From Epiperipatus broadwayi (taxonomy: Eukaryota > Animalia > Onychophora), in assembly GCA_028023455.1 (NCBI GenBank), contig JAQFVV010000005.1:13268001-13332000 (forward strand): DNA of 64,000 nt, given 5' to 3'. Within the stretch, counting starts at the first letter, position 1, and every line of letters starts with the position of its first letter. The notes beneath the pieces were generated by a model. That model worked only from the letters and a program-made list of their open reading frames with translations, did not search any database and was not told the DNA's origin. The position numbers were made by a program, and so were the translations under genes. Below, piece after piece: positions 39,085-53,150 of this stretch.

Positions 39085-40381
39085 AATATTTTAAAAGAAG
39101 CAGGTGAATAAATAGAAAAAATGTTGGACAAGTTACGTACAAATGTCTAAATGATAAAAATGTAAGGGATGATTATACTGATATTTAAGAAAGGTAATAT
39201 AAAAGCAAATATAAAACTATCTTTTATTAGTTGTATACAAATCTTTCACTAAGACAATTAAGTTCTTTAAAGCCAAATTTCAATTTAAACCAACTATAAG
39301 AACAAGCTGGAATTTTTTAAAAACTGTTTAGTACAGTGGTTCACATTCAACAATTGAGAGAAGTTATAAAGAACCAATAGTCAGATTTCTAAGATGCTTT
39401 GGATTTGCAAATTATAAAATGTCATTTAACTCTAAAAGCTTTTCTGCAATGATTAAAGCTTTGGATCATCAAGATGTAACTGCCTGATATTATCACAATG
39501 CAGAATATTTATCAAAATGTACCAGAAGTGATTAGGTTATACACTTATGCTAAGATATTACAAGGTAATTCCACTCCTTCACAAGTATTACAGATTTGCA
39601 AAACATATTTTGTAAATTAAAATAGAAAGCTAACAGAGTAAAAGAAAATTATTTAAGCCATCTAGATTTTTCAGATAATTTTTTGCAAATAATGAGGTAG
39701 TTTCAGGGAAGGTTATCAGATGATAGTAACAAAGTAGAACTAAAGATAAATGCTAAAATGTCTAAATGTTCAATTGATTTTCTCAGAAGAAAACAGATTG
39801 ATAATTCTGAATTCGAACTTAAAATTACAAAGATCTTGGAAATTATTAATAAGATAGAAACATAATAGGTGAAATTAATCATAGTATTAAACTTGGATGG
39901 AGTACTTTAAATAAAAATAACAGTATTAAAATAAACTATGGCTGTGTTTGAGAAGAGTTTTTGATATATATTACATTAGTTATTACATATGGATCAGAGA
40001 TTTGAACACTTGACAAAAGAGCAATTGAGAGACTTTAAACCATTCACAAAATAGAGGGAGATATAGGTTAGGAGTAATAAGAGATCAACAATTAAAGAGA
40101 TGGACGAGAGAACAATTATTACTGGCATCATTAAAAAAATTACGACACAAATGGAGCTTGACCAGATATGTTCAAAATGAAATACTGTAGTTGAGAGCCA
40201 AATGAACGTTTACATTACATTCTAAAAGACTACTAAAATAGTTAGAAAGAGATTACATATGACATGGATAAATGAAATATTTCTTTGTATCATTTGGATA
40301 AAAGAAGCTATGAAACAAAGAAATCTGATTATACTTGTAGAAACTATCTTCCAGTAATTTGCGGTTTGAAAATGATGATGA
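39085..40381 (+). mobile_element. Older, more decayed copy of the same RTE family
   Basis: Collinear with 36860-38240 (aagcaggtgaataaatagaaaaaa, agaacaagctgga, gattaaagc.ttggatcatcaag, tatggatc.gaga). Confidence 0.8.
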
Positions 40382-40499
40382 ATTATTTAACAATTTATTT
40401 TCCAGTTCAGACAATTATTAAACCCTGGAATTATAACAATTATTAACGCATAATGGACATAAATCCATTTATGAAATAAAATAATTTATAGAAATAAAA

Positions 40500-41860
40500 G
40501 TAACATACATTCGTTCAATTTGTACCATAACAAATATTGGAATTAATATTTAGTTATTCATGTATAAAGGTAAATCACCAACGGAAAGCATTCAAACACT
40601 TGTTTACTAACTAAAAAGTCTGTTGACTAATTAATGCCTCTCACTAATGGGCTGCTTGGGTCTACACCAGATTTATCGTTTAATAGATAATATAACTATG
40701 TCAGTTTCAAAATTATTATAAAGCTCAGAAGTATTTCACTGAAACGTTTAAAACTAAAACATGAAAATAGCCGCGTTCTAAAATAGATATCTAAGCTTTT
40801 GTTGACGTTCAGCATAGGCAAATATATCTCGATTTATTAAATGAAAGTATAATTTATCTTATCTGAAAGTAAATAACGGGAAGTTTTGAAATCGGTTACA
40901 CTATTGTTCCCGCGCAAAAAAAAAAAAAACGTTTATATCTAAATCAAAATTTTTTCTTACATATATGGTATATCATTTAAAATTTATGGGAATATTAAAT
41001 AGCTATAGTCGAAGAAAAAGAGATCAAATATTTAAGAGTTGGTAAAAGGATTCATCTTTAAAGAAAAAATTGCTAGGCTTAAGAAATAACCGTACAGCAT
41101 CACGTGATTAAAAGTATTAGTTTTGACGTTTTCATATACCTTCATTTATTTTATTTGTGAGAAAATGTGATTTTATTATTCGTCAGCAAAAGTTTTTATT
41201 GTTTGTTTCATATGCATTCAACTATTCTTTGGGTAATAATGAATTTTTTATAAAATTAGTTTCAAATATTTTCAATGGTTTTATTTTAAATACTATTTAT
41301 GTATTTTATTTATTATATGCCGCAGAGAATAAAACTCCTAACGTTATTTGTGGCGTTTTTCAAATCGTAATGTGTTTGTCCTTTTTCGTAATCTGATTTC
41401 ATTATGTTATACAGTATTTTATATGTACAGTATATTTACGATTTCTCTTCTAAATATAAACAATGTCAAAATATTTTTTAAAATGCAACTATTAAAATTA
41501 TATATTGTGTATCAAACGCCATAAAAATGAGGATTAGATAAATACACTAGTCAACAAAAAAATATAGTTATTAATATTATATTATGTTAAGCCAAATTTC
41601 ACAATTGAGAATTTTTTATTACATACATATAAATTAGCTCTATTGAGAATTAATAAATACCCTTGTTTTAATTGGAAGTTTTAAGATTCATAATTCGGAA
41701 ATATTTAAATAGAAGCTTAGCTACTATTTGATCGAACAAATTTTTTAAACCTACATATATGAGTGATCGCTAGCGAGCCAACTGTTGGACTTAAACATCT
41801 GTAATAATTAATAGCTCGACGAGAGAATTACTAGCCGGACAAAACGGTAAACAAAAATTA
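40500..41860. promoter_or_regulatory. CpG-retaining island; candidate unmethylated promoter / first-exon region
   Basis: About 30 CpG counted by eye in 1.35 kb versus very few per kb in flanking DNA; no TE coding motifs recognised. Confidence 0.5.
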
Positions 41861-42669
41861 ATTTTATTTATTACATAAATTAAACAGCATTTGGGAAAAA
41901 TAGTAAATTTAAAACTGCAAACAATCATTGATACATCTTTTGGCCTTGTGTATATTCTAATAATTCTATAATCATGCAGATCTAATTCATACGATATGAA
42001 CCCTTAAGGCTTACAGAAAGCATAATATGGTTTATGTCAATTTTTTACATACAGAAACTCCTTTCCTCTTGGAAGGACTGAACATACATGAATTTCCGAA
42101 TCTTTCTTTATCCTTACAGTAATTAGTTCTCTAAAATGCAGCCTTATATAGATAGACTTTTTTTATCTGAACAATCAGCATAGAACAGTTTATTCTATTC
42201 TCATTCTGCTTATAAATATAGCTACTAATTCCTTTTAATAACTCAATCTTTAAAATAATATAAATTCATATTTTATTTTATACTTCACAAATGTAATTTA
42301 ATCATTAGTCAGATATAATACTTCTCTTATTGTAGATCAGCAAATTTGTAACAGGAGTCATTTTGTTTAAACCCTCCCCTCCACCACTTAAAGAGCCACA
42401 AGGAGAAAGATACTCCTCACATTAAAGAGCTGCAAGGAAAGAGCTAAAAAATATGAATTTCTGAATGGCTGTGGTTATATTTGAACATAACATTTATTTT
42501 ACTAATAGAACATTTTATAATAGTTTTGCAAGAAAATGTTTCTAATTTTTACAGTGAGAAGCTAACACATTAAAATTTAATGGACACCAAGTTCTCTAGA
42601 TTTTGAAGGTAATGTTTTTTTAAAGATTGCTTCAGAAAATAGTACAAAAATTATCAGGGAAAAATAAAA

Positions 42670-43170
42670 AAGAACAATTAAAGAAATGCTGAAAAGACCC
42701 AAATTCATATCAAATGCTTCTTCCAAAACAAAACACAGATTTTTACAAATATTTTGGTCAGATTATTAGAAAACAAAACTAAACTTAGATGGATTTCTTT
42801 TGATAAAAATACTTCAATATTGAAAGAAAATAATATGTCAAAAATGTTTTTTAATAGAAAGGTTTTAGCAGTTCATATACATGGATCTGGGACTTCAGAT
42901 ACTTATCAGAAGAATCATAACATTAACTTCAGACTACATAACAAAATATGGGGAGTTATATTTTGGAAATAACAAGGAACAAAGTAAGTGATTGAGAGAT
43001 CAAATATATATTAAAAAAATCAGGAGACTCAAATAGATTTCAGATGGACATATTACTTACATAATTGACCATAACTAGATAATTGGATTCTTTAAGCATA
43101 CCTAGCGAAAGACCATAAGAATGAGATAAGAAAATTTGCTAGTGTGATAGGAAGAAGAGTAAAGATCAGA
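42670..43170 (+). mobile_element. Decayed RTE 3' fragment
   Basis: Resembles 37680-38160 (ggtcagattatta, VLAVHIHGSGT, gatggacatatt). Confidence 0.55.
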
Positions 43171-44345
43171 AAAGCTAGATTAAAAGTTCAAACATAATTA
43201 TTCATTGAAAACCATTGAATGAACTTAGTCATCTCTCAAAAATAGTGAAATACTTGTAGTTGGAATATATCCATGCAGTGATGATTTGAGCATGGGGAAG
43301 TATAACATGCTAAATAATGATAGCACTACTCATAAACTCAATAGTTACAAAAAATATTAAGCATAAAACATACTTCTCACCAGTCATTGTCTAGATGTGA
43401 CATTTTGGCTGTTGATTTTTTGTTTGTGATACTCACTAAATTACTTTGGTACATACTGAGATTTGAATAGAAGTTGACTTTTGTATTGCTTTGATCTGCT
43501 GTTTACTGGCTATAATTTTTTCTTTTGTGTGTGTGTGTGTGTAAGTATTGATTTGTTTCCAATGTATTTTATTTGATCATCTTTTTACCTTTCAACTTAT
43601 TTTTCTTGAATATTTCAATAATTTGGTTGGATGGGATATGGTGCTTTTGCTCAGCCTGCAAAAGTTATGTTTATAAATAAGTATTTTGTGAAGAATTATT
43701 AGAATAACATGATTTATTTGTTGATGCTTTATGTGCATAAAATGATCTTCATAAAAGTTGAATTTTTTTCCCAAAAAACAATTCATTTGTGTGGGTGTAC
43801 AATTGTAATTTTTTAAACTCTTTGCTTTATAATATTTTATCATTTACATTGGTTTGCTTTTGAGTGCAAATGAACATGAAAAAGATTATCTGTGAATTAT
43901 AAAATGTTACCTCACTAGCAACTATAAGCTTATTAGATGGCAATAAATTGACACATATTAAATTCAGTTTAACATTTAATTTTTGAATGAAACTGATATC
44001 AGCTTTTATTTAGATACTTTTTGTCATCTCTTTATAATTTTACATGAAAGTGAAAAGAAAATGTTACATTGGTTTTCTTATGTGTTAAAGTTATATTGTT
44101 TTTATGACAGATGTTTTTATTTTTTTTTTCAGTTTTTATGTGTTTGAATATATTTTATATAACATTTTTTTGAACTGTAAAATCTTATATATACCTGAAC
44201 GCGTTGAATTTATATTTCATTTTAATGTATTTCATTTGCATGTTTCCTTACATTTTTATGAAAATTTAAAGTATTTTCAGTTAACATGATACATTCAGTT
44301 TTCCCCAAAATGATGGTGATGAAATAATTATTATTTTTTGTTTAG

Positions 44346-45811
44346 GTTGACTGGAAGTTTTATCTGGAAAAAAAGAAAGCCTCCAGCTACAATGCTTATG
44401 TTTCTATTAATAGCAGAATTTTCACTGTCTAATAATTTTTTGAAGGAATAAGACTTGCTGTTTTTTTTGACTATTTCTAGTTATTTGTAGAATTTGAAAG
44501 CTGTTGAAGAAATTGCTTTTAAAATATCAAAGTGTGTATGTCTTTATTTTAAAAGTTTTAAAATGATAAAAAAAGCTATTTTATAGGTAAAAGTTTTGTA
44601 ATGTGGCTAATCAATTTTATTCCTAATATTAAAAAAATTATAAAATAGAGTTGGAAAAAAGCTTTTTATTGAACTTGCTGCAGATAGGATTGTGTTATAA
44701 AATTTTATTTAAAAGTACATAAAGGAATTCTTATTGGATAAAACCTTTCATGTGTTCCATAAACGACAACAAGATTTCTCAAAAAAAAAATTAAACTACA
44801 GATGTAAGAAAATATTTTTATTATAATGGATATAATTACATGACAATGATAAAAAATGGATTACCATTAAGCAAACATAATGGTGCAGGCAAAAAAGCTT
44901 TTACTGCACTTTAGACAGTTACAGGACAGATATTAGTCAGCCATTACATATATTTATAAGATTATGTACTGTGGAAAATCCTTTTAAATGCTTCACATGT
45001 GACTACAAAATTGGTGGAAAACAGTTACAAACAATCTGGGGAATTTGTACAGGAAAAAAAAATTTGCAGTAAATCTTATGTGATTTTAAGCTAGCCAGAA
45101 AAGATAATTTGAAATAACAATGATTCATATAGGAAACAAACTTTTTGAGTGTTCGTTGTGTGATTATAAAAGTCCTAAAAAATACTATTTAAGACTGCAT
45201 GAAAGAACTCATCTTGGAAAAAAAATCTACAAATGTTTTGTATGTGACTATAAAACTGCTGTAAAAGATAATTTCAAAGCGCATAATTTAACTCATCTAA
45301 GACAAACATCATTCCAGTGTACTTTATGTTATTTCAAAACAACAACAAAAAATATTTTAAAATTACATGAAATAATTCATATAAAAAGTAATTCTTTTCA
45401 GACCACCAAAGTTAGTAACAGTACTACTTCAAAAAGTTATTTAAAGTTACATGATGAAAATGAAATAAAATGTTTTCAGTGCAGCGTATGCAACTATAGT
45501 TCCATTGAAAAATCTCTTTTAAAAAAAATAAAAAAATTAAAAAAAAAAAAATTCAATGCAATTTGTGTAATTATAAAACTGCATTTGAACATAATCTGAT
45601 AAAACATAAAAATATTCATATGAATCACTCTCCATTGCAGTTAGACATTAATAAAACCAAAAATTGTTCTGAAGAGTTGCAGGTAAATACTAAAATGCTT
45701 AAATGTTCTTTATGTGATTATAAGGCTTTTGAAAGAAGTGTTTTGCACCATCATGAAGCAAGTCATTTCACTAATCATGACACTATTTTGCTTCTTATAC
45801 TGTTCATTTAA
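44346..45811 (+). pseudogene. C2H2 zinc-finger array gene copy C, disrupted but with the longest open stretch
   Basis: FECSLCDYKSPKKYYLRLHERTHLGKKIYKCFVCDYKT...; collinear with copy A, including the acceptor and C-terminal tail. Confidence 0.85.
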
Positions 45812-46784
45812 TTCAATTTTATGTTGATCAGTAAAATCTACTTAATAAAAATTTGAAAGATATTAATTGTAACTGTTAAATATGATTTTGAAACTTCTAA
45901 AATGGCACATTAATTTACATTAAAAAAAAAAAAACTTTATTTGAAAATTATTATTTGAGAAGTTAGAAAAAAAAAAAAAAACTTATGAGAAGTTGATTGG
46001 AATTCATCCGAAGGATCTAAAGATTGAAAATGAACTTTAGATTGTAAGTGAATTAAGCAGAGGCTCTATTATAATCATAATTGATGAGTAGGTAAGAAGT
46101 TTTTACTGAAACTAATATTTGTGTTATTGAAAACTATATATTCTTTCTTTATATTGATAATAGAAATACTGCAATTATATTATCATTTAGTTGCAATAAG
46201 TACTCAAATGTATTGATGGAAGAGAACTCACCCTTCTTGTTATGATTATTTTTTTTTTATTGGATAGTTATTTGTTCCATTATAATGCAGGACTTTGGAA
46301 ATCAAGTATTAATAATAGTCTGTCCAAAAAAAGTGAAAAATACTATAGTTGATATTCTAATTTTTCAATTTTTTTTTTACCAACATGGTGAAAAACATAT
46401 GTTGGTAGAGGTACTTTTAAAAATAATTTTTTTAAACAATTAAAATCTACTCAAGGACTTTTACCAATAAATTTAAAAGTACAAATAGAATAACATTTTA
46501 CTATAACAACCAGTGTATTACCAATGCATGAATAACAATTTACTAAAAAACATTTTTTATTTAATATTGGAGTACACATACATTAAGCAAATAAAAATAA
46601 AATGTAATGAATAATTTACACACATTTCAGAAGAAAAAACAAGTTCTATAATATCCATAAATTAAAAGGTGAGCTGCCTAATTTATTTTTTAATATTAAA
46701 TGCTTTTATTTAAGTTATAATATCTGTTTGTTTGTGTATTTGTTGTAAACCATTGTAATTACTTTTATTATTTAAGAATAATAT

Positions 46785-47245
46785 TTTAAAATAGAGATTT
46801 AATAGATTTAAATTGAATAGAATTGGTTCAAATTTTGTACATAAGAAATATCAGGCAATACAATATGGGACTATAATATTTTAGGTAGATGACCTAGCTT
46901 CTTAGATCTAAACCAGTGGTTGGCAAAATTTTGATATCAAATTTATTCATTTTTAAAACTTTAATGTTTTAAATAATATTTGTGAGAGGATGGTATAGAG
47001 ATTTTTTTTTGGTTTCAATTTAATGTTATTTTAAAATCGAGGTTTAATAGATTTATATTCAATATAATTTTAAAGTTATATTTTAAAATTCAAGATTTAA
47101 TAGATCTAAATTCAATATAAATTGGTTGAAATTTTGTACATTTTTAAAAATCACTATCAAAGTGATAGAGCACTATTAATATTTTAGATAGGTGACCTAA
47201 TTTCTTAAATATAAAATAATGGCCAGGAAAATTTTGGTATTAAAT
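46785..47245 (+). repeat. Diverged direct repeat, about 300-bp period
   Basis: agatttaatagat.taaatt.aata.aattggtt.aaattttgtacat ... tgaccta..ttctta at about 46794 and 47094, with a partial third unit at about 47040. Confidence 0.65.
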
Positions 47246-47792
47246 TTGAAAACTGTTCTTGGAACTGCAATATGTTTTAAATAATGCACACAATTTTCTT
47301 AGTTTCAATTGTAAACTTCACCTAAATTAGAATAAAGTAAAGTTAGTTTAAAATAGTTTTGTTAAGCTTTTTTTTTTAAAAAAAAAAAAAAAATTTTTCA
47401 AATAAAAAAGTCAGACATTTTTTAACAAAAGAATGTGTTCATATAGTCTCAAATTGATTTAAAATAAAATCATACATATTAAGTGAAGTTCATTTACAAT
47501 GTAGTTTTGATTAGTATTTGTTTTTTTTTAAATTTCCAATCAAAGGCAAAAATGCCAAACACTTTATTTAAAATATTTTCTTCATATTTTTAGTAATTTA
47601 AATCATTTATTATATACATATATTATTATGTATGCATACTAAATATATATACATAAGGGGGTATATAAATATATTGTGATATATAGAAATATATTGTGAT
47701 ATATATATATATATTAACTAAAAGTGTCAAGTTGATTTAAAGTATAATATAGTTTTACATTTTTATTTACTGTGCCAATACTAAAAAGTTAA

Positions 47793-48112
47793 AAATAAAT
47801 AGAGATAAAAATAATTTTTATTTTAAATGCTTTTATTTACCATGCACTAAAAAGCAAAAATATATATATTTTTTTTATATCCACAATTGGGGTTTTTAGA
47901 GTTAACATGAAATAAAAGGAAGTAGGGTCCAGAAATTAATTAAGTCCATCCCAATTTTTCATAAGGATTGACTTAATTAATTTCTGGAACTCTTATGATT
48001 TTCTTTCAAGTTAAATCTAAAAACCCATTTGTAGTTGAAGAAGCAATTATTTTTTTGCTTTTTAGTGATAAAAGCATTTAATATAAAAAAGTTTTTTTAT
48101 CTCTATTTATTT
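47793..48112. repeat. About 320-bp imperfect foldback element
   Basis: aaataaatagagataaaa..ccagaaattaattaagtc / gacttaattaatttctgg..ttttatctctatttattt. Confidence 0.8.
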
Positions 48113-48229
48113 CTAATAATATTATCCAGCAAAGAATAAAAGATTTCTTTTTCTGAATTTAATATTGGGGTATAAAAAATAAAATGAGCACTAAAAACAT
48201 TGTGTAATGCAAGTTTTCACATCATTGAT

Positions 48230-49830
48230 GCAATGAAGAATTCCGAGAATAGAAGATACTAAATCGGATTTTATAGAAAATTTAACATCGTGCACTCTTC
48301 TTTCAGTGATGGATCTACCTTTCCAAAAAAAACTTAGCTATCCATCTGTTAAGATGATAAATTTTAATGATATATCCATTTTAACTACTTATTTAGATTT
48401 AGGTAAAGATATCTAAACAGCTCTTAGTAATTTTAAAAATAGAAAGGCTGCAGATCTTGGTGGAATAATTGGAGACATTTTAAAATAGAGTGATTTGTTA
48501 ATTTCAGAAACATTGGAATTTTTTAGGAATATAGGGATCCTTGAAATTATGCTGCTTAATCTCAGGGATGTGTCTGTTATTCCAATATTTAAAAACAAAA
48601 GGAATAAGACAAGATTACTGTAATTATTATGCAATATTATTATCTACTCAGCAAAGCTACTTGTAAGGATTTTGTTAAATAGGTTGCTTCCAGATATAGA
48701 TGAATGATTTATAAGAGATTTAGTGTGGTTTTAAAAACTCAAGAAGCACTATAGATGGGTTTTGCTTATAGGCAAATGCAAAAAAAGTATCTGAAACAAA
48801 AAAGTGATTTATATGTTGGTTTTATTTATTTATTTTGGTCAAAACATTACATTTGGTTAATTAAACAAGTTTATGTCATTATTTGATATTAGTTGGTTTC
48901 TCACCAAAATTTATTCATATTTTAGAGCTACATGTTGAAATGATGGGAAATGTTTTATTACAAGGAAAAATCTGAAATGAAAACTGGTGATAAAAAAAGG
49001 ATTGTTTTCAGTTTTTAAGGTAGGTATTGTTGAAACTGTTAACAGCTTAATGATTCAAAGATTAACATGTGATGTAGATTTGATGATGGTATTTTTAATT
49101 TGAATTGATTAAAAACAAATACAAGAGCTTCTACTTCTTGGATTCAGGATTTACAATATGTTAATGACTTGCAATTTTTACCAGTTCAAAAGAAGATTTG
49201 CAGAACTTTAATAATTAATATTTATAAAATTCAAATTCTTTATCAGTCATAAACAGAAGAAAAATGCTAAGGAAATTTTAGCATGGATAATTGTCAACTT
49301 GAGCATGTAAACCAATTTAAATATCTTGTGAGTTTTATAAATAGAAAAGTGAACTTAGATGTTGAAGTCATTTAACAAGTTAAAAGATAAGGTAAATAAT
49401 TACTGCAACTAAATTAGCTATATGTAGAGATATTATTTTACCTCATTTATTGTTTGGAAGTGAGACTTTCATACCTTTCAGTGCAATATAAAGGCATTAG
49501 AAAATTTTCTTTTAAGAATGTTCATTATAATCTTTAAAGTAGTATGGCAAGATCATAAAACCAATCTATATGTTTGACTTATCCGCTATTGTAAAATCAC
49601 AACTTTGTTGGATTGGACATGTGAAATGAGTGAACACTGCAAGACTTCCGAAAATAATATTTTATGGTTCATTTGAGCATGGTTTTCGTAGCAGAGGTAG
49701 ATCCCATCTACATAATATGTATGATCTCAAAGACAAGATTGATTATTTAGGAAGATATGGCAGAGAATAGAATATATTCGAAAGCTGCAATTCAAAATGG
49801 TATTGAAATGTTTCAAAAAGAAAAGTTCTG
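48230..49830 (+). mobile_element. Heavily decayed RTE (BovB-like) LINE RT region
   Basis: LRDVSVIPIFKNKRN..C.NY...LST..KLLVRILLNRL, CGF..SRSTID; many stops. Confidence 0.6.
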
Positions 49831-51159
49831 CTATCCATGAATGTATTTGTCTTTCACAGATTGATTTATATATTCATTGCAAAACTCATTTCTAGAAAAA
49901 AAATTCTTTCTTGAAATTTGAATAATCATACTTGTTTACAGTGATAGCTATCAGTATATATTATACAAATTAAGATAAACAAAAAATTAAAAAATAATAA
50001 TTAATAATAAATTTAAAGAGTAAACTTATATATAATTGAGTATTGCCTTCTTTACATTCATTGACAAAAGTAAAAATTTTTGAAAAATACCAATATCACT
50101 CATGCATCCTAAATGATAAATTACTTTCAATTGAAAACTTTCTTAATCTTGGCTAAAATGATTTGTGAAGCTGCTTGGATTTTTATTTGGTCATCCTGAA
50201 TAAAAGTATTTTAGGAATTGCTGATAACCAGGATAATTTCCATTCCGATGAGCCATTGCATTAGCATAGAGTTATTCATGGTCATTACTTTATAATAATT
50301 TAACTCCACTGGATATTTACCAAGCTATTTGCTTAGGTCATCTGCTTGAGATATAATTTATTTGATCTGCATTTTATAAGCATATGCAGACGAAAAGGTA
50401 AACCAACCTTGCATATGAGAAAATACATATTGAGGAAGTTCCTACTTCCAGGATGTTTAACAATGACATCCTCAATTTTCAATGCAATTTTTTCACTGCT
50501 GCCATTAAGAAAATAGTTTCTGTATCAACCAAAAATAATTTTTCTCCACATTGACTAATGTTCATGATATGAAATTATGCCTATGTCAGATCTGTTACTA
50601 TTATGGACTGTTCCATTCCCTAACGAAAACAATTAAGGAATAGCAGTCTCAATGAATCATAAAGAGTGAATCACTTAGAATTAATTATAAATTCATTAAG
50701 TCCTGTAAAATGTGAGACTTAGTTTACCCTAATTACAGAGCAATCTAGAGATATGATACAGTTTTAACCCATCAAGTTATTGTACTATTTTTACTAATTA
50801 GAGACATAGGATTCATGGCTTAGAAATATTTATGTTAAGCTTCAGAGGCTGTTAATGGGCAGGAATGTAATTATTCATTATGAGCCTGTTAGAATGATGT
50901 ATTCCAGTTTTAATATCAACCATTTATTTGGAGGACTAATCACACAGGAATCCTGGCCTTACAATAGCTTGCATTTAATGTTTCTTTGATTTTGGTTAGG
51001 CATTTCATCATAATCTATTTTTTGATAATTGATTAATGACTTTTCTAACTTTGTTGCTAGTGGTCAAGTTGATTTATCTGACAAGGATTATCATTCATGC
51101 ATATGAAAACATTAGCTGAGCAATTCATATATTGCATTCATAATTCAAAACTGCTATAA

Positions 51160-52150
51160 ATTATTAGTTTTTAATCGTAACCTTTAACAGATTATTGATT
51201 TCAAGGATAGCTTATATATGGGATAAAGTGGATAATTATTTTTAGATTTAAGAACCAATAATTATTGAATAAATAAGTACAGTATATCCTTTCTAATATT
51301 TATTCTCATGAAATAAGTGGAAAAGAATTCTTAAATCGTGAACATTCATGGATAGACGTTAAGAATTCTTAAATCGTGAACATTCATGGATAGACGTTAT
51401 TAATTATTATTAGTTTGATATGGATTGGTTACCTGAGAGGAATGTCTGATAAAACTGTGATTATAGTTTTAGGATTAAAAAAAGTCAGTAATTACTAACT
51501 TTGTAAAGAGAATTATGAATTTACTTAGCTTAAAATTTTTGAAGGACATTTTATACTTGGAAAATATTACATTTCAATTGGCTATTTTGGTTGAAAATAA
51601 ATGTACAATGAGTATTAAGAATTTTATTGTCTTCATTTAGAATTATTTTCTTAAAAGAAGTACAATTAAAAAAAGAATTGTAAAATTAAATGGGGATATT
51701 AGTAAATAATTTTCAGACTAATTGAACATGAAATAAGCATATATGAATTGAAATAAAGATGGAGAATTATTTGAGGGAAAATTTTCAAAATGTGTAATAA
51801 AACGTAATAAGTTATGGAAGAAATAGAAATTAATAACATCAAAAAAATATGAATTCTGAAAATATGTAAAGTGAATTAAGATGTCAGTGGAAAATATTAA
51901 AAGGGTGTGGCTAGAGAAGGAATATAAATGAATAGAATTATACATAGAAGTTAATATTTCCAATCTATTATTATGTTTTTGAGATTAAAAAGTGATCATT
52001 TAATAATGGATAAAAATGAGCTGTTGAATATTTAATAAATATTATTGTAAGATGAAGATAAAATAGTCCAAATAGACTATTGCAGGATAAGAGATTCTCC
52101 AGCAGCTCTTTTTAGAAAAATGGTAATGAAGGTACTATTATAATTGTCAA
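51160..52150 (+). repeat. About 1-kb diverged direct duplicate of 28380-29380, containing a recent 38-bp tandem duplication (51323-51398)
   Basis: Collinear blocks; AAGAATTCTTAAATCGTGAACATTCATGGATAGACGTT x2. Confidence 0.8.
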
Positions 52151-52989
52151 ATGGGAATAGGGGCATTAAACAATTTTCCATCATTGTTTTACTTTCTCTG
52201 TAATAACTGTTTGCCATTAACAAGGTTAGTATTTTTATATATAATATTAATTTAAAGGTGAAATTTTAAAGAATATTGTTTAAAACAGTATTAATCAAAT
52301 GCATATGTTTATAAGAGAGAGAGATGTAAAAAAATTTAAAATAATTATTTGAAAAGTTGAATGTATTTTCTTTTTAATATTTAAAATGTAAAGGAAAATA
52401 CATGGATGAATTTTATGTGTGAGCATTTCCAGAGAGAAGAGTATTGCAGGTAGAACCTATATTTGGATTCTGCCAGAAAAAAGATTATATGCAGCATTTT
52501 CTGCATTAATATCATCATGTACAAGAATTTATGGTGATATAAGCTATCTATTTAAAGAACCACAAATAATTCACATTAAACATCACTTCCATTATCCATT
52601 TATTGGAACTTTGGTATTCATTAGCATATACATTTTGATGTACTAAATGCACTCTTTCACAGACATTTTAGCATGCAATAGTAAATATGATTTGAAATTT
52701 AAATATTAACAATAAGGACTTCATATAACTCCAACACATGTTTATGATAGCATTTGCATCTCTTTTATTTTTAGTCCTAGCTTATAATAATTTTTGATAA
52801 AATAAATGACGCCTTTGTTTTTCTTGTAGGATAAAATAAGTAAAAATTAAGAATAAATTCTTTATTAATCATTTGATATTTATTGCAGAACTTCACAAAA
52901 GACAACTGTTTATGTTGTAGGGCAAATAAAATATTTGTATCTAAGTCATTTTTTGTCTTGTATAAATTTTGAAGGGTTTCTTGATTAGT

Positions 52990-53150
52990 GGCTTAAAAAG
53001 CCATGCAATTCAGATGTAGAAGGCTGCGACTATTCATGGAAATAGAGAACTCATCCAATAATTAACAAGTCATGGCAAAATAATTATTAGATGGATATGC
53101 TCAATTTATAAAAGACAACTGAGTTGTGAAATTATGCAATAAGAATATAA
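52990..53150 (+). mobile_element. Possible FLYWCH-like (Mutator-type) zinc-finger remnant
   Basis: EGCDYSWK and IIRWICSIYKRQLSC in shifted frames. Confidence 0.25.

Noticed and set aside
51323-51398. Short exact tandem repeats (also 63815-63900) as CRISPR-like arrays
   Set aside because: Only two adjacent copies, no spacers, eukaryotic context
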